Shown here: in pieces, positions 1 through 14,793 of the stretch
How positions within the stretch are numbered: position 1 is the stretch's first letter
Layout: every line of letters starts with the position of its first letter
Assembly: GCA_951406725.2 (NCBI GenBank)
Contig: OX597824.1
Span: 30,194,001 to 30,258,000 of the forward strand
DNA from: Octopus vulgaris
Lineage: Eukaryota
DNA length: 64,000 nt
Reading direction: 5' to 3'
The notes under the pieces: generated by a model
What the model saw: the letters and a program-made list of their open reading frames with translations, nothing else
Told to the model about the DNA's origin: nothing
Databases searched by the model: none
Program-made: the position numbers and the translations under genes

Positions 1-1729
1 ACTTTGTGATAGATGGATTTAGATGGCGGGAGTGGGTGGGGGGTAGGGTTATGCATTTCAGAATGAGGAACTTTTACTTCGACTTGTAGTCCTGAACCAA
101 TATGTTGGTGAAGCCTCTTGAGAAATAGGCTTTAGTGGGAGGAAAACCTGATATAGCAGATTTATAAATGGCTGTTTAGTCTGATAGCTTTAAATATATT
201 TAAATCTGTCAATAAGCAGTAAATATATATTCAACATGTTAATACTGGGCTTCCTAGTTGCAGGAATGGCTGTATTAAGGAAGGTTCCTGAAATTTTGCT
301 GTGTACTTTTTTTAAAACTCCTGAGCTATAAAATAGGGGCAGTGAAGGAAAGTTATTTTCAGTTCAGCTGATCAGTAGTGATGGTGCATGGCCTAGTGGC
401 TAGAGTGTTGCATTCTTGATTGTCAGACTGTGGGTTCAATTCCCAGATCAGGTGGTGTGCTCTGTTCTTGAGCAAAACACTTCATTTCACATTGCTCAAG
501 TACTATGTGGAGATTAGCATGTCCAAAGAATACACATGTTGCAAAAAACAGGAGATTGCGGTAGGATTTCCACTCCAATCTTGTAAAACTCCCACCAGTA
601 AAAACTACCCACACCGACCCATGGGTTAGAAAGTTATACCCTGAGTGGTGCAGTGGCATCATCCACCCAGAGTAGCAGGGAATCACCAAGAAATGGTGGA
701 TGCAGCAGTGCACTGTTTTCAGTGCATGTTCCTATACTACTACTACTACTACCACCACCGCTACTACATCATCATCATCTATTAACAGCAGCTATTATAT
801 TTTTGTTAGTTTTTGATATTTTTTTTAGGTTTTTTTTTCTTCTTTTTTTCAAAGAAAATTGTCTTAGAGATATTTTTCTAAGAATTTATATTCATAAACT
901 TTCTTATATGTCAGCGTAGTTCAAAATTTAGCTCCCTAAACCCATGAGGGCTCTAGGCAAATCAGTGCACTGGGTCCTATAGTATTTATTTATGGACAGC
1001 AAACCACAACATACATAGATCAGAATTGGGTTCCCCCTAGACCCACAAGGCCTCCCCAGGCAACTGCCCAGTGTTTCTATACCTTAAAACAGCACTGCCT
1101 CCAAATAAAGACCTCATTTGGAACATGACAACCTGTCCAACTCATGACAGCATGGAAATTAATAGGCATAAAATGACAACAATGATGATGATGAGGAGGA
1201 GGGTGAAGAGGAGGTTGACTACTTGATATGAGTATGAAATGTCAACAGAATTTGGTTTTGGTCTTGGTAATCTCTTTTAAAAGACAAACTGATTCTAAAG
1301 TCTACATGGAATATATTATGTGTGTGTATAGTAAGGTTGCTAGGTTGTTTGCTGTTGTGTACATTTCTGCCCAACCTTAACTCATCTCCTGACCTTTACT
1401 TAGGCTTCAGCTTCAAATCTAATGTCTATTTAATGTTACTGACAGCTCTAATTGATTCTTTTCTCCTCTCGTTTCTGACCTCTCTTAAAGTTTATTTTAC
1501 TTCATCCTTGCAATTAAGCTCAAAACTAATTTTGAGCCAAAATAAGGTCAAACAATCTGACCGTTCCATCACTGCAATGAAATAGCCATAGTTTTAACTT
1601 GTTTGACAGAATGTTAATGTAAATATCGTTGTTACATTCTATAAGGAAACTGTATTGTTTGATAGAAAGAGAATTACATAAATTTATGTATTTCTCTTAT
1701 ATGTATGTATATATATATATATATATATA

Positions 1730-2106
1730 GGCGCAGGAGTGGCTGTGTGGTAAGTAGCTTGCTTACCAACCACATGGTTCTGGGTTCATTCCCACTGCAT
1801 GGCACCTTGGGCAAGTATCTTCTACTATATCCTGGGCTGACCAAAGCCTTGGAAAGGGAATTTGGTAGACAGGAACTGAAAGAACCCCATTGTATATATG
1901 TGTGTTTGTCCCCCCCCCCCCCAACATCTCTTGACAACCAATACTGGTGTGTTTACATCCCAGTAACTTAGTGGTTCGGCAAAAGAGACTGATAGAATAA
2001 GTACTAGGCTTACAAAGAATAAGTCCTGGGGGTCGATTTGCTCAACTCAAGGCAGCGCTCCAGCATGGCCGCAGTCAAATGACTGAAACAAGTAAAAGTA
2101 AAAGAG
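1730..2106 (+). mobile_element. tRNA-derived CORE-type SINE (most abundant family)
   Basis: A/B-box head, ACCTTGGGCAAGT CORE-like block, internal microsatellite, tail ..GACTGAAACAAGTAAAAG; further copies at ~6985-7333, 11555-11910, 11940-12283 (+) and ~12370-12505, 17085-17430, 27675-28378, 28880-29150, 32335-32638, 39790-40400 (-). Confidence 0.85.
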
Positions 2107-3034
2107 TATATGTAACTAATTTTATATAGAAGGGTTATCAGCCACTCTAGGCTCCCTGTAGAAAGAAACAAGGTTCATATCCCAGTCTAAATTGTTGCTT
2201 ATAATATCTAATAATATTTTATGCTGGTACAGGTGTAGCAGTGTGATTTACTTCCCAACCCCATGGTTTCAGGTTCACTCCCACTATGCAGCACCTTGAG
2301 CAAGTGTCTTCTGTAGTAGAGCCTTGTGAGTGGATTTGGTAAACAGAAAGTAAAAGAAGCTTATCATATTTGTGTGTGTGAGCCCTTGTCTTGGCATCGT
2401 GTGATGGTTGTAAATGAGCATTGCCATCGTACAAGCAATATTCTTCATTTCCAGTCTTCCATGAAAAGCAAGGTGATATTTCCTGTAGGGAAAATGTCAC
2501 CTTACTGGGAAACATGTGAGTGTTTGTACTCGGAAGGCCATCTGGCCCTAGAAAACCTGTCTCAATAAATTCTAACTGACCCATGCTAGCATAGAATTGG
2601 ATGTTAGGACATAGGTGGAGGCATGGCTGTGTTAAGTTTGCTTCCCAAACACATGGTTCTAGGTTCAGCCTCAATGCATGGCATCTTGGGCCGACCAAAG
2701 CCTTGTGAGTGGATTTAGTAGAAAGAAACTGAAAAGCCCATCATGCACGTGTATGTGTATGTCTTTGTGTTTATTCCCTATTACTGCTAAACAACCCTGG
2801 CATGGTCACAGTCTAATGACTGCAACCAGTGACAGATAAAAGATTAAATGATGATGATGATGTAACTGATTTCACTTGGCAGGTGTGTTTGAGACTCTAG
2901 GTACTGTGTATAATGTAACATACAGCTATATCTAAAAGCAAAGTTTCCATCCCATTTCAAATCGTTGCTTATAGTATTTTGAAAATTTTAATGGATAATT
3001 CAATAATAATAATTATAATTTTTTTTTTCTTCAG

Positions 3035-3178
3035 CTATCTGAATAACAACAGAGTCCGAAGAGTAGAAAAATACAGTTTTGATAATTTAACTTCCTTGGA
3101 ATTGCTGAAGATGAACAAAAATAAGTTGGACCATTTGCCAGAGTTTTTGTTTGAAAAACTCACCAAGTTGAAGTGTTT
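3035..3178 (+). CDS. LRIG: LRIG-family protein, internal exon (2 LRRs); first coding exon visible, 5' exons lie upstream of the window
   Basis: ttcag|...|gtaagt, 144 bp, phase 2-2; YLNNNRVRRVEKYSFDNLTSLELLKMNKNKLDHLPEFLFEKLTKLKCL fits the 24-aa LRR consensus. Confidence 0.93.
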
Positions 3179-4332
3179 GTAAGTAGATATTAATATCATT
3201 GTCTTTTAACTTCAGTCATGGTTAAAATATTGTACATTCTGATAGTGAACACTATCTTTTGGTTTGATCTTAATATCAGTGTAGTCAACATTCCATGTTA
3301 GTTTGCGTTGGTATTTTTTTTTCCATATTACTGTACATATTTGTAGTTGGGTTAGAGGTTTATCAAGTCTCTAACTGCCTACAATGTTGATTCTTTGACA
3401 ATTCATTGAGCCGGCATCCATTGGACCAATGCCCAAGTTCCAGGTTTTATAATGTTAAACAAAAAAGACAAAATACTTCTCTGGACTGAGTGCTAGTATT
3501 TCGTGAGTAAATTCCCCTGAATAGCCCTCAATCTGTTACCCATACTTATAAACACAGATGACCAAATTGAAAATGATGTGGTTAGGAGAGATTTAGCAGT
3601 TTGTATATTATTGCCTCCACTGCATTGTGTTCATGGCAAGGACACTTAACTCATAAATGTTAACATTCACCTACCTCTGAGTTGTTTATTTTAGCCCTAG
3701 TTTAGCTAACATCAAAAGTATTTTAGCCATGACCATGCTAGCTTTTATTCAGAATTGGTTGTTCTTTGATTACATTAACTTGTGCTTCATTTTTTTTAAG
3801 GTAGCAAGGTGAGATCTGAAGGAGAGTTGACTACTGTTTCTAGCAGATTGACAGCATAGAAAGGCATTTATTATCCTAGTTTTAAGTCAACTGTTGTTGC
3901 TGTTTAGTTCCATATCAACCCTGATCAATGACAATCCAAACATGGACCATCCTGTCTTTTTCCTTCGGGCATAGTATTCAATATATCCCTCCTTTTTTTT
4001 AAGACAGCTGGGTGTGATTGGAGGAGATTTGTCTGCTATTTCTAGCAGATTGAGAAACCATACAGTAATCCCTCTCATCGACTGATTAATATTGTGCACT
4101 GGGGTCGATGTAATCGACTTAATCCCTTTGTTTGTTTCCTCTGTGTTTAGCCCCCTGTGAGCAATAAAGGAATAAATATTGGCATATTATGCTGGGAATA
4201 AGATTTTAATTTAAATCTGTATGAACAGTGGTTTGGTGGTGTTAGTATTAAAGGAATAATAGATTTCGATAATCTTAATGAGAATTCTCATTGGTTTGTG
4301 TTTATTAATCTCCCTTTTTACATAAATTACAG

Positions 4333-4476
4333 AGAGATGTCACGGAATAAGTTCACTGTTATCGAAAGTCTATCATTTCGTGGATTGGATAACTTACAGA
4401 TCCTCAAGTTAAAAAGAAACTTCATCTCTAAACTAAAAGATGGTTCATTTTTTGGACTAGGAAAAATCCAAAATCT
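4333..4476 (+). CDS. LRIG: LRIG exon (2 LRRs)
   Basis: tacag|...|gtaagt, 144 bp, phase 2-2; EMSRNKFTVIESLSFRGLDNLQILKLKRNFISKLKDGSFFGLGKIQNL. Confidence 0.94.
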
Positions 4477-5886
4477 GTAAGTATATAAGTCCTCTTTTTG
4501 CATTAATCACACATCCTGTATAAATACACACACACATACTCTGAGTTAATACCACATTGTCTGAATGCTAAAATTAGAAAGAAAAAACTTGGTTGCAAAC
4601 TCATATGTTGTGACCTCAAAGCTGCTGCAGGTATTTTATTAATGTTTTAAGGTAGCACAACACTTCTACATTACATCCATTTATAAAATTAGGAAATTGG
4701 TAGCTGGCTTTCCTAAGAAAGTATTCTGTAAAAGGCACTCATGCTGATGTCACATAAAGGCTCCTGTGCTGGGGCCACATATAAAGCACCTGTACTGGTT
4801 CCACATGAAAAGCACCCAGTACACTATGTAAGTGGTTGGTGTTAGTAATAGCATCCAGCTCTAGAAACCTTGCTAAAACAGATAAATTGAGCCTGATGCA
4901 GCTCTCTGGATTCCCAGCTCTTGTGAAACCATCCAGCCCGTACCACCATGGAAAACAGACGTTAAATGATGATGATGAAAAAGATATTCATCATTCATTC
5001 ATTCATCTCTTTCTTTTAATTCATAAACCAGAATTAACGGCAGTCATACACGGCTGTGTGGTTAAGAAGCTTCTTTCCCAACCATGAGGTCTCAGATTCA
5101 GTTCTATTGCACAGTACCTTGGACAAGTGCTTTCTACTATAACACCCAGACTGACTAAAGCTTTGTGAATGAACTTGAACTTGACAGATAGAAACTGAAA
5201 GAAGCCTCTGTGTGTGTGTGTGTGTACTCTTGGCTAGACACAGTGTGGTGGTTATAAATGAGCATCATCACCATACATGGGAAAACAGGTCAGAGTTGGT
5301 GGCAGAAAGGACATCCAGTCATAGAAAACCTCAACAAATTCTGTCTGATTCATGAAAGCATGGAATAGTGGGTGTTAAATGATGATGCAGGTTGCCAGAG
5401 AATAGGTTAGTAATAATTGGCAGTGCAAAAGAAATCTCTCTAGATCATTGGTGGAACTGAAGCTTACAAAATCTTTATCAGCAGCTCAGTGGATCACAAG
5501 TGGGAGGTTACTACAACACCAACAACAGGTTTGTAGAAAATACTGACATAGCTACAGTCCAACTGAGCATACACTGAGAGCAAGATCCATATTGGTGGCA
5601 TTCCTCTGGTGAAAGATCTGTTGCAAATTAAATTCAGTCAATAGCTGTCCTTTTCATCCAATATGGCTTTGTGCTTGATTCAGTCACCAAACATGACTGA
5701 ATGAATTGGTCAATCAATAAAATCAATCTCTTAAGAAAACAAACCTGATAAATAATTTATCTGTTGTTTGTCACCAGACCACATATTTTATATATCTTTT
5801 ACAGTATTTAATACATATTATTTTCTTTATAAATATGGATATGTTTATTTATTATTTGTCTTTAAATTATATATTTATCTTTCCAG

Positions 5887-5958
5887 ACAATTGAATCACA
5901 ATAATATTTCAACGATATCAAAAGGCTGGTTGTATGGATTAAAAACACTAAAACAATT
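5887..5958 (+). CDS. LRIG: LRIG exon (1 LRR)
   Basis: ttccag|...|gtaaga, 72 bp; QLNHNNISTISKGWLYGLKTLKQL contains the LRIG-typical KGWLYGL motif. Confidence 0.94.
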
Positions 5959-6465
5959 GTAAGATTTATTTTATTCTATTTATTGTGTGTATGTTTTTAT
6001 GTAATTTATATTGTAATATATGTTTGGACATTCAAATATATCTACCATATTTGCACCCCAAATTATGTATTAAATCTTGGTCATAATCTCTTTCTTTTCA
6101 TGGTTTAAGCTTTGTCCCATATATGTCTCACCTCAGTTTTTTTAGTCAAAATCAAGAGTAAAATAGTGCAATTATACACGAGTAAATACAGTATATATAT
6201 CTCACTTCCATCCTTCTCACTCATAAATGTGTGTGTGTGTGTGTGTGCAGTATGTGTGTTTGTGTAGTTTGCAGTATAATTATTTAATATATATAGTTAT
6301 AACTCCAATCAGATTTGTCAGAGAATGTGATATAAATTATATTCATAATACCTTCAAGGATATCTTAGGGAAAGTCTATATTATTGAGAGACCAAAATTG
6401 CATTATTAGCATACAAAAACAGCTTTTTACATGAAAAAAAGAAAATAAGTATAGAAATTCTAACC

Positions 6466-6735
6466 CAGTCGTTCTATATGACCCATGGGGATCCATATAA
6501 GATTTTGTTGTTAAAGTTTATGAGTAATAAATTAGTTATTCTTCTACGGTACTCAAAATATTTTAACTATTTGTTTTATACAATTCCTAATGCCAGCATG
6601 GAAAGCGGACGTTAAACGACGATGATGATTTAATCATACAAATATAATTGGATTTTTTTTAACGTGGTGGGGAGGACAGGTGAGCAAAATAGGAATCAAA
6701 GGTATCCATAGACAAAAAAATGGTTGAAACCACTG
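6466..6735. mobile_element. hAT-like MITE carrying a 5'-truncated retroposon tail (6592-6628)
   Basis: CAGTCGTTCT...AAACCACTG termini, 8-bp TSD ttctaacc/atctaatc; the partial inverted copy at ~14265-14395 lacks the GCCAGCATGGAAAG..(GAT)n insert. Confidence 0.7.
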
Positions 6736-7093
6736 ATCTAATCATAGTTGTCATAATCTAGTTCTACAGAGGCAGACTAAGGAAATATTGCCTGATTATG
6801 GAAACTTTATTCCATCCATGTCTTAAAAATACCTTGTTCCATAGAATGGCATAAAGCTACTCAGTAAACTAAGTCAGTGTCCTGGACTTTGATTCTTGCT
6901 GTTGTTATCCTTCATTACGTCTATTGATAATGATGTGCTATAAGAAAATCGTGGTTTTTATAGCCACACAAGTTTTATATATGCATGCAGGCATGACTGT
7001 GTGGTAAGAAGCTTGCTTCCCAACCACATGGTTCCAGGTTCAGTCCCACTGCATGGCACCTTGTGAGTGGACAGAAGCTGAAAGAAGCCCATC

Positions 7094-7136
<43 letters not shown>

Positions 7137-10100
7137 TATATTTGTGTGTATCTGTGTTTATCCCCCTCCCACTCCTACCGTGTGTTTACGTTCCCCGTAA
7201 ATTGCAGTTCAACAGAAAAGACCAATAGAATAAGTACCAGGCTTACAAAGAATAAGTCCCGGGATCAATTTCTTCAACTAAATGGTGGTGCTCCAGCATG
7301 GCCTCAGATAACTGACTGAAACAAGTAAAAGAATATATAATTCATAAAATGCAGGAAATATATTTGGTATTTTATGCAGAATAAAACATACATGTATTTC
7401 ATCAAATTAACTGCCAGTATTACATAACTGCATGCTGAAGAATTGTATAACCTTACTTATTTACCTCCTCAGTGTTGAGCAAGAAGTTCAAAGCAAGTTC
7501 ACTCTATATCCCCTATTTGTAAACTATCTGCAACCTCAGTTGAGTGGCTTAACTTGATCAAGTATAGCTGACAAAATCCCTGAAATGAATATACAAAGAT
7601 TATTTGTACATTTTTTTTGTCATAGGAAAATAAAATTTAATATATCTTATCACAGCATCAATTATCACAAGGAGCGCATGGTTTTATGTAACTTTCCCCA
7701 GGTGGTCATGAATATATTATGTATTTGTAAGTGTGTCTGTGCATGTGTGTGTGTATGTGTGTGAATGAGGGAGAGAAGACAAATGTATAATTCAAATTAA
7801 ACTCTTTAAATATCTCAATCAGGGGAGAAAAAATCTTTCTTTTCTTGCTCTTTTTTCTCTTTCATTTACATAGTTTTTGTAATCCAGTAATTTCTTGTCC
7901 ATATGTTCCCATGTTTTGCATTTTCCACCTGCTCACACATTGAATATAAGAAACTCTGCCTCATAACAAACTGGTTTGTACTGGGTAATATCATTAACAA
8001 CTTTACAAATCAAAGCTAGGCTTTGTTTATTGACACCTTGTTGGCTTTGTTTCTTTTTTTACCTGTGGGGTTCAGGCAAGTGCAAGCCCTTAACGCACAT
8101 AAATGCTACTGCTAATTAGAAATTGTTAGTTTTGAGTTTATTATCATTATTATAATTATTATTATTATTATTATTGTTCTCACTGAATTCAATTCATTAT
8201 ATATACTATTATTATTATTCTTGTCCATTTCTTTCCCTAACCTTCGTTAACTGTTTCAAAAATAACAATAGTTTTAATGATTTATTAATTACTGCTATTT
8301 GAAGTTGCTGTTTAACTGGAATTAGGGTATTACAGACTTTTCTTTTTTTCTCTTTGTTTGTGTGTGTGTGTGTTTTATAACTTGGCTGGGAGTGCTAATA
8401 ATACTTGATTGAAATGTTTGTGCATGTATGTATGTGTATATATATGTGTGTGTATGTGTGCGTGCATATCTCTATGTGTATAATAAGTTAGAAGAATTAT
8501 CTTCATTAAGTAAGCTTCCACTTCAGTTAGTATCTAATTAACAAAATTATCACTTAGAGGTAAACAACTGCCTGAATAAAAAAAATATTTTTACATTATT
8601 TTCTTGCCAAGTTGTAGCCTTACCTGTTCTAATTCAACATATTCTGTATATCAATTGCCAAATTACCTACTTCCATTAAAACAAGAAGTGTGTGTGTGTG
8701 TGTATATATATATATAGTCCTAAATCTTATGTCAGTAAGCTTATAATACAAAAGTGAGCAAGGATTTAAGGAATTATTTACTATGAATATGTTATGTTTG
8801 ACTCATTTTCTATTGGTATCAACCTAGATAATAATGTGGTGAGTTGACATTGTTGGAAGCATCAAAGAGAACATTTTACTGTATGTATTCTTCCTGCTAT
8901 CTGCATTCTGAATACAGATTCTGCTGAGGGCAACTTTGCCTTTCATGCTTGTCAGAGTCAAGAAATAAAGTGTTAGTCTTGTACTGTGGTTGATTTTACT
9001 TCTCCTCTTACTCTGTGGAAGAGGTCAGATGCATAGAAGGTAGGAGGTTCTGCCAGATCTAAAATGCTGTATGTCATGATGAGGGTATATTTATGACTCT
9101 ACTGGGAGTTAAGGGCCCTGAGGACATATTAACTGCTACTTGTATTATAAGATTTAGGTCCTTATTCATATATAATTTTATTGCTGGCTAGATTTGCGTT
9201 AATGTTTCAACCTTTGGTTATGATGCTTGCCCACAACTGGACATGAACATACATCAGTGTGTTTGCAGGTATCATTTGTACAAAATAATTCCATGAACAG
9301 AATGAAAAAAGAACTACATATCTCACACTGTTCCAGCCAAGGTAGCAAGCTGACATTAGCATGTTGGACAAAATCCCTTGCAACATTTCTTCTAGTTCTT
9401 TACATTCTGAGTTCATATCTTGTTATGAGCAGTTTTGCTTTTCCTTCCTTCCTTCAGGGTCAGTGAAATAAAATACTTGTCAATGCTTCGGTCAATGTCA
9501 TCAACTTGTACCTTCCCTTCAAAATTGTCGGCCTTGAACCCTGCAAGAGACCAATGCCAAATTCAGGGAAATGCTGTGGTTTCCATCTCCTATATGCCAT
9601 AGAAACCAGGAAACCAGCCTTATGAGTCTTAGGGACCCAAGAAAAAACAAAAATTGCTCCAGCCTCCTTCTGTTCGTTACTTAATTTCATTTTTACATCC
9701 ACGGACAAATCTCAGATAGGATTGGTTGGTCGAGCAATAAAATACAAAAGGGTACAAGAAGAAGACGCAAAAGATATTTGCAAATGTCAACTGTCTCGTC
9801 AAACCAGTTGGATGGTAGTACTACTGAGTTCCAGCCTCCGCCTACCCTTCACCATGTGTGTAGTTTGGCAAATGAATATGTTCCACCCTGGTGATTACAT
9901 GTGTACTAGACAAAGATAAAGTCTGCAAGAACCGTTTTTATCATCCAGTGCGTTATTGTGCTGAATTTGTACTTAAACCATACTTGTAAATTCTGTGAAT
10001 CTGGCTGCAATAATTTAATTGTAGAAATGTTAACATCAACCCTACACGAAATGATACTGACATTTATTACAGTATGTTTACTATACACTCAGTGCAGCGT

Positions 10101-10196
10101 GTGTATAATTCTGTTATCTTATCTCGTTAGCTTCTTGTTAGCCAAACCCCTTTCTAAGTTTTAATCTAATGTGTCTCTTTTGTCTTCCTCCAACAG

Positions 10197-10268
10197 ATCT
10201 TTAACACACAATAATATCAAATCAGTGGAACTTGATGGATGGGAATCTTGTCGGTTACTCAGGAAATT
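10197..10268 (+). CDS. LRIG: LRIG exon (1 LRR), absent from the ORF track
   Basis: caacag|...|gtaagt, 72 bp, phase 2-2; SLTHNNIKSVELDGWESCRLLRKL (cf. LRIG D-x-W-E-F-C repeat). Confidence 0.92.
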
Positions 10269-10354
10269 GTAAGTTTTAACATTTTTCTATTTTATTACTC
10301 TTCCCCTTTCAACCATGTGTTCATATATTATTGCAAAAGGCAGTGTTTCTGGAA

Positions 10355-10389
<35 letters not shown>

Positions 10390-10728
10390 GAGAGGCACAA
10401 GCATCTACACACACAGCAGTAACTTCCGCCTACCAAATTCAATCACAAAGCTTCGGTCGCCTCAGGGCTATATCAGAAGACACCTATCCAAAGTGCCATG
10501 CGGTGGGACTGAACCCGAAACCATGTAGCTAGGAAGCAAGCTCCCTAACCACACAGCCATACCCAATATCATCATCATCATCATCATCGTTTAGCGTCCG
10601 CTTTCCATGCTAGAATGGGTTGGACGGTTCTACTGGGGTCTGTGAAGCCAGAAGGCTTCATCAGGCCCAGTCAAATCTGGCAGTGTTTCTACGGCTGGAT
10701 GCCCTTCCTAACGCCAACCACTCCGTGA

Positions 10729-10771
<43 letters not shown>

Positions 10772-13700
10772 CTCTCCCCAAATATGATTTGGGTTGATAT
10801 ATTCCTAGTGGTTAGGGTGTCACACTCATGAGCGGTAGATCATGGGTTTGATTCCTGGACTGGGTGGCTCGTTGTGTTCTTGTACAAAACTCATCATTCC
10901 CTGTTGCTCCAGTCTGCTCAGCTGTAAATGGGTAACCCTGTAATGAAATAACCTTCAGACCAGGGAAAATGTTGGCCTGCTTGCCTAACCAGCAGGGTTG
11001 CATCATTTGAAAGCTATAACAATGCAAAGTGCATTGTGACCAGCAATGCATAACAACATCCGATAATCTTGTCAATACCATGATATACACATAATGATAT
11101 TAGTATATATTGCTCATGAGAAATGAGTTTTTATAAGTATTGTTTAAACTTGCTTGCAAAGATAGAGAAGCCCAAGAAACCCATATAAAGCTGAAGTTTT
11201 GGGATCATCTTAGAGTTCCATCATCTTTATAAACACTGAACCTTTTGTTAAGTTCATCATCAAGTCAAGGCCGATAAGGCAAGTGAGTTATCATAACAGC
11301 CTTTCTGCAGCAGAAATAGAGTCCCAAGCAGTTGCCACTACTCCTAGCTCTTGGAGACTTTCTCCAGAATATGTTGCTAGGCTATCACATGTTTAATCTC
11401 TAGTTGCTGCTGGTTCTTATTTTTGAGTGGTGTGGGCTGGAGCAATATGAAATGAAGTACCTTGCTCAAGGGCATGATATACCATCTGGTTCTAGAATTG
11501 AAACTGGTCTTAAAAACAAGCTTAATATACTGATAATTTTTTGACTTTGACACAAGCATGACTGTGTTGTTAAAAAAGCTTACTTTGCAATTCTGTGGTT
11601 CTGGGTTCAGTCCCTCTGTGTGTCGCCTTGGGCAAGTGTCTTATACTATAAACCTGGGCTGACTGATGCCCTGTGAGTGGATTTAGTTGATAGAAATTTT
11701 CTGTTGTGTGTTTGTGTTGCTCCCCTCCCTCATTTGACAACCAATGTTGGTTTGCTTATATCTCCATCAGTTAGCAGTTAAGCAGAAAATATCAATTGAA
11801 TAAGTTTCAGACTTTAAAAAAATAAATAAATAAGTACGGTAGGGGTCAGTTTATTTAACTAGACCCTTCAAGGTGGTGTCCCAAACATGGTCACCGCTCA
11901 AAGATAAAAGTTACTAATAAATAATTAAATTTTTCTTTTCTGCTTTCCAACCACATGGTACCAGGTTCAGTCGCAATGCATGGAACCTTGAGCAAGTATC
12001 TTCTACTATAGCCTCAGGCCAACCAAAGCCTTGTGAGTGGATTTGGTAGAAGGAAACTGAAAGACGACCATCATGTGTGTTTGTGTGTCTGTCTCCCCAC
12101 CATCATTTGACAACCGATGTTGGTGTGTTTATGTTCCCGTAACTTAGCAGTTTAGCAAAAGAGACCAATAGAATAAGTACAAGGCTTACAAAGAATAAGT
12201 CCTGGGGTCAATTTGTTCGACTAAAGGTGATGCTTCAGCATGGCCGCAATCAAATGACTGAAGCTAGTAAAAGACTAAAGGAGTATATACTTCCAAACTC
12301 TAAATCATTTTTGTTGTCAAACGATGTTGAGGTGACAAACACAGACACACAAACATATATATACACATGCATCTTCTTTCAGTTTCTGTCTACCAAATCC
12401 ACTCACAAGGCTTTGGTCGGTCCGAGGGTATAGTAGAAGACACTTGCCCAAGGTGCCATGTGGTTGGTAAGCATGCTACTTACCACACAGCCACTCTTAC
12501 GCGTATTGTTTATTTTTAGAATGGCATTGTAGTATAGGTAAGAGAAGCTGGATCTGGCCAGTTTGAATAAAAGACAGGAAGAATATTTGCAGCAGATATT
12601 GGCCTGTTTAAATGCTAAGGGTTAAAACTTACAACCGTGACATAGAAATTTTGTTAAATTTGCCATCAAAATGCATTGTTTCTACCTTGTCCTTCACACA
12701 CACACATTATCAAAGCATGGAGAAGTAGCTGGCTTTCAAGCTTCCAATAGTTTAATATTAGTTTCAGCCTTTTAGTGTTCAGTCTTGAGGTTCCCCTTTT
12801 TGTCTGTGGAAATTATAAGTCAATAAATAAATGTCAGCAACCAGAAGAAGAAATCAGGATTCCACTCAATCAATCCAAGCTGTGTTAGAGAGAGGGAGGG
12901 GGAAAAGGGGAGAGAAGAAATACCACCACTAGCTTGAATTTCCTTTATTTTATATATATTCTGGTGACTGTTTCCTTAGCCTTTTCTGTTTATTTGTGTG
13001 CGAGAGAGAGATAGTGTGTGTGTGTGTTACAAAGAGAGATAGAGGAGAGGGAGTGATGATAAAAAAAAAAGAGAGAGAGAGAATGGCTGTCAGGGTTATG
13101 ATTTATTTGTATTGCCAGTTTGGTCAGGACCTGGTCTTGTCAGGTGGTAAGCTCAGAATGCCAGGGTTAGGCTTTGGTGAATTATATAAATACACACACA
13201 CACTTAAATATGTATATACTCATACATACATTTATTCACACACACACACACAGAGTATAAAAACTGTGGGACCCTGTTTTATTCAGCAGACTGTTGTTAT
13301 TGCTTCATTTTATTGCTGACAGCTATGAGCTATGGTAGCTGCCATAAAAACAAACGGCCAAAAAAAAAAAAAAAAAAGAAATAGAAGGGAAAGAAATGTT
13401 GCCTGCCACTAGAGAACATGAATGTCTCAGTGATAGTAGTCATAGTGGTGGTGGTGGTGTAGTATGGAAGGTGAGCTGAGCAGGAATTTCTCCTCAGCAG
13501 TTTGTGTGAAGCAATTTTCCCCTTCCAACATTGATGATACCAAACTGTTGTTATATTGGGAAGTAATTCAGAAAATCTAAAATTGAAAATTATTTTTATA
13601 GATTGATAATCACTCCATTCAAATACATCTAGAAAATCTCAAACTATAACTGCTAATCATACATAGTCCGCCTTGCCTTCAGGGACGTATTAAAATATAA

Positions 13701-13902
13701 CATTTTAATGGCTAGCTCCAAATCAAATTTGCTGGTTGTCTGCCTTAAACAATTGAATGCAATTATGTAGAGTTTTGAAAATGAAAATAAACAAGGGGAA
13801 AGAAAAGAAAAATAAAAGAAACCTTGGTAGGGTGGGTGTTGAAAAATTTTGTCTTTTTTTACATAAATGGAACTTGGTATGAATTCTATGAATCTAGTTT
13901 AG

Positions 13903-14100
13903 CCCTTTAGCATTTAACTTGGCCATATCTGGCCCAGAGATTCTACCAGTTTTATGTTGACCTATCATACTTACTCTACAATGTCAGTCTAAAATAAAAT
14001 ATAATCACATCAATGAAGCTATGAGATAATGAAATATTTATTCAAAATTACGTGACTAAATGAGCATTACATTTGACAGAGTAATCTGGATGCAAAGGGG
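13903..14100. mobile_element. piggyBac-like MITE family 1
   Basis: CCCTTTAGCAT...ATGCAAAGGGG termini with ttag/ttaa flanks; opposite-orientation copies at ~38831-39049 and partial ~12505-12625, ~14400-14485. Confidence 0.65.
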
Positions 14101-14793
14101 TTAAAAGAATTACTTAACCCTTTTGTTACCATATTTCTCTTGAAATACACCCTCTTTGTGTCAGTTAATTTTGAAAATAATGAAAAATGTAGTGGGATCA
14201 TTAAGCTGATGCTTGGAATGTAAATTAATATGAAATTTTAACAAATTTCTAGATTACTTTAAACCAGTGGTTCTCAACCATTTTTTACTCATGGACCCTT
14301 TTGATTCCTATTTTATTCAGATGGGCACTCATATTTTTTATAATTAAATATTATTAGGAATTGTATAAACAAAATATTTTGTGCATTGTAGAATAGAGTA
14401 TTCAGATTACTCAGTCTCATTACTCCGAGATTTTAATGATGTAATTAATTTTTAGAATGGTATTGTAGGGTAGATGTGAGAGGCGAGAAGTGCTTTCCAG
14501 CACTTCAACTGTCTTCACATTCTGAGTTCAAATTTTGCCAAGGTCAACTTTTCATCTTTTCAGGATCAATAAAATAAGTATCAGTTGATTGCTGAGATCG
14601 ATGTAATCAACTTAACCCCACTCCCCAGCCCTAAAATTGCTGGCCTTGTGCCAAAATTTGAAATCAATATCTGAATCAATCCAATACCTGGTTTTTCTAA
14701 AATGCTATAAACCCATCAGTTTAGCTTTGTTTTTCATTTTATTTTCTTGTATTTTCTATCATTTTAAAATTATGTACTTTGTCTTTTCTACAG

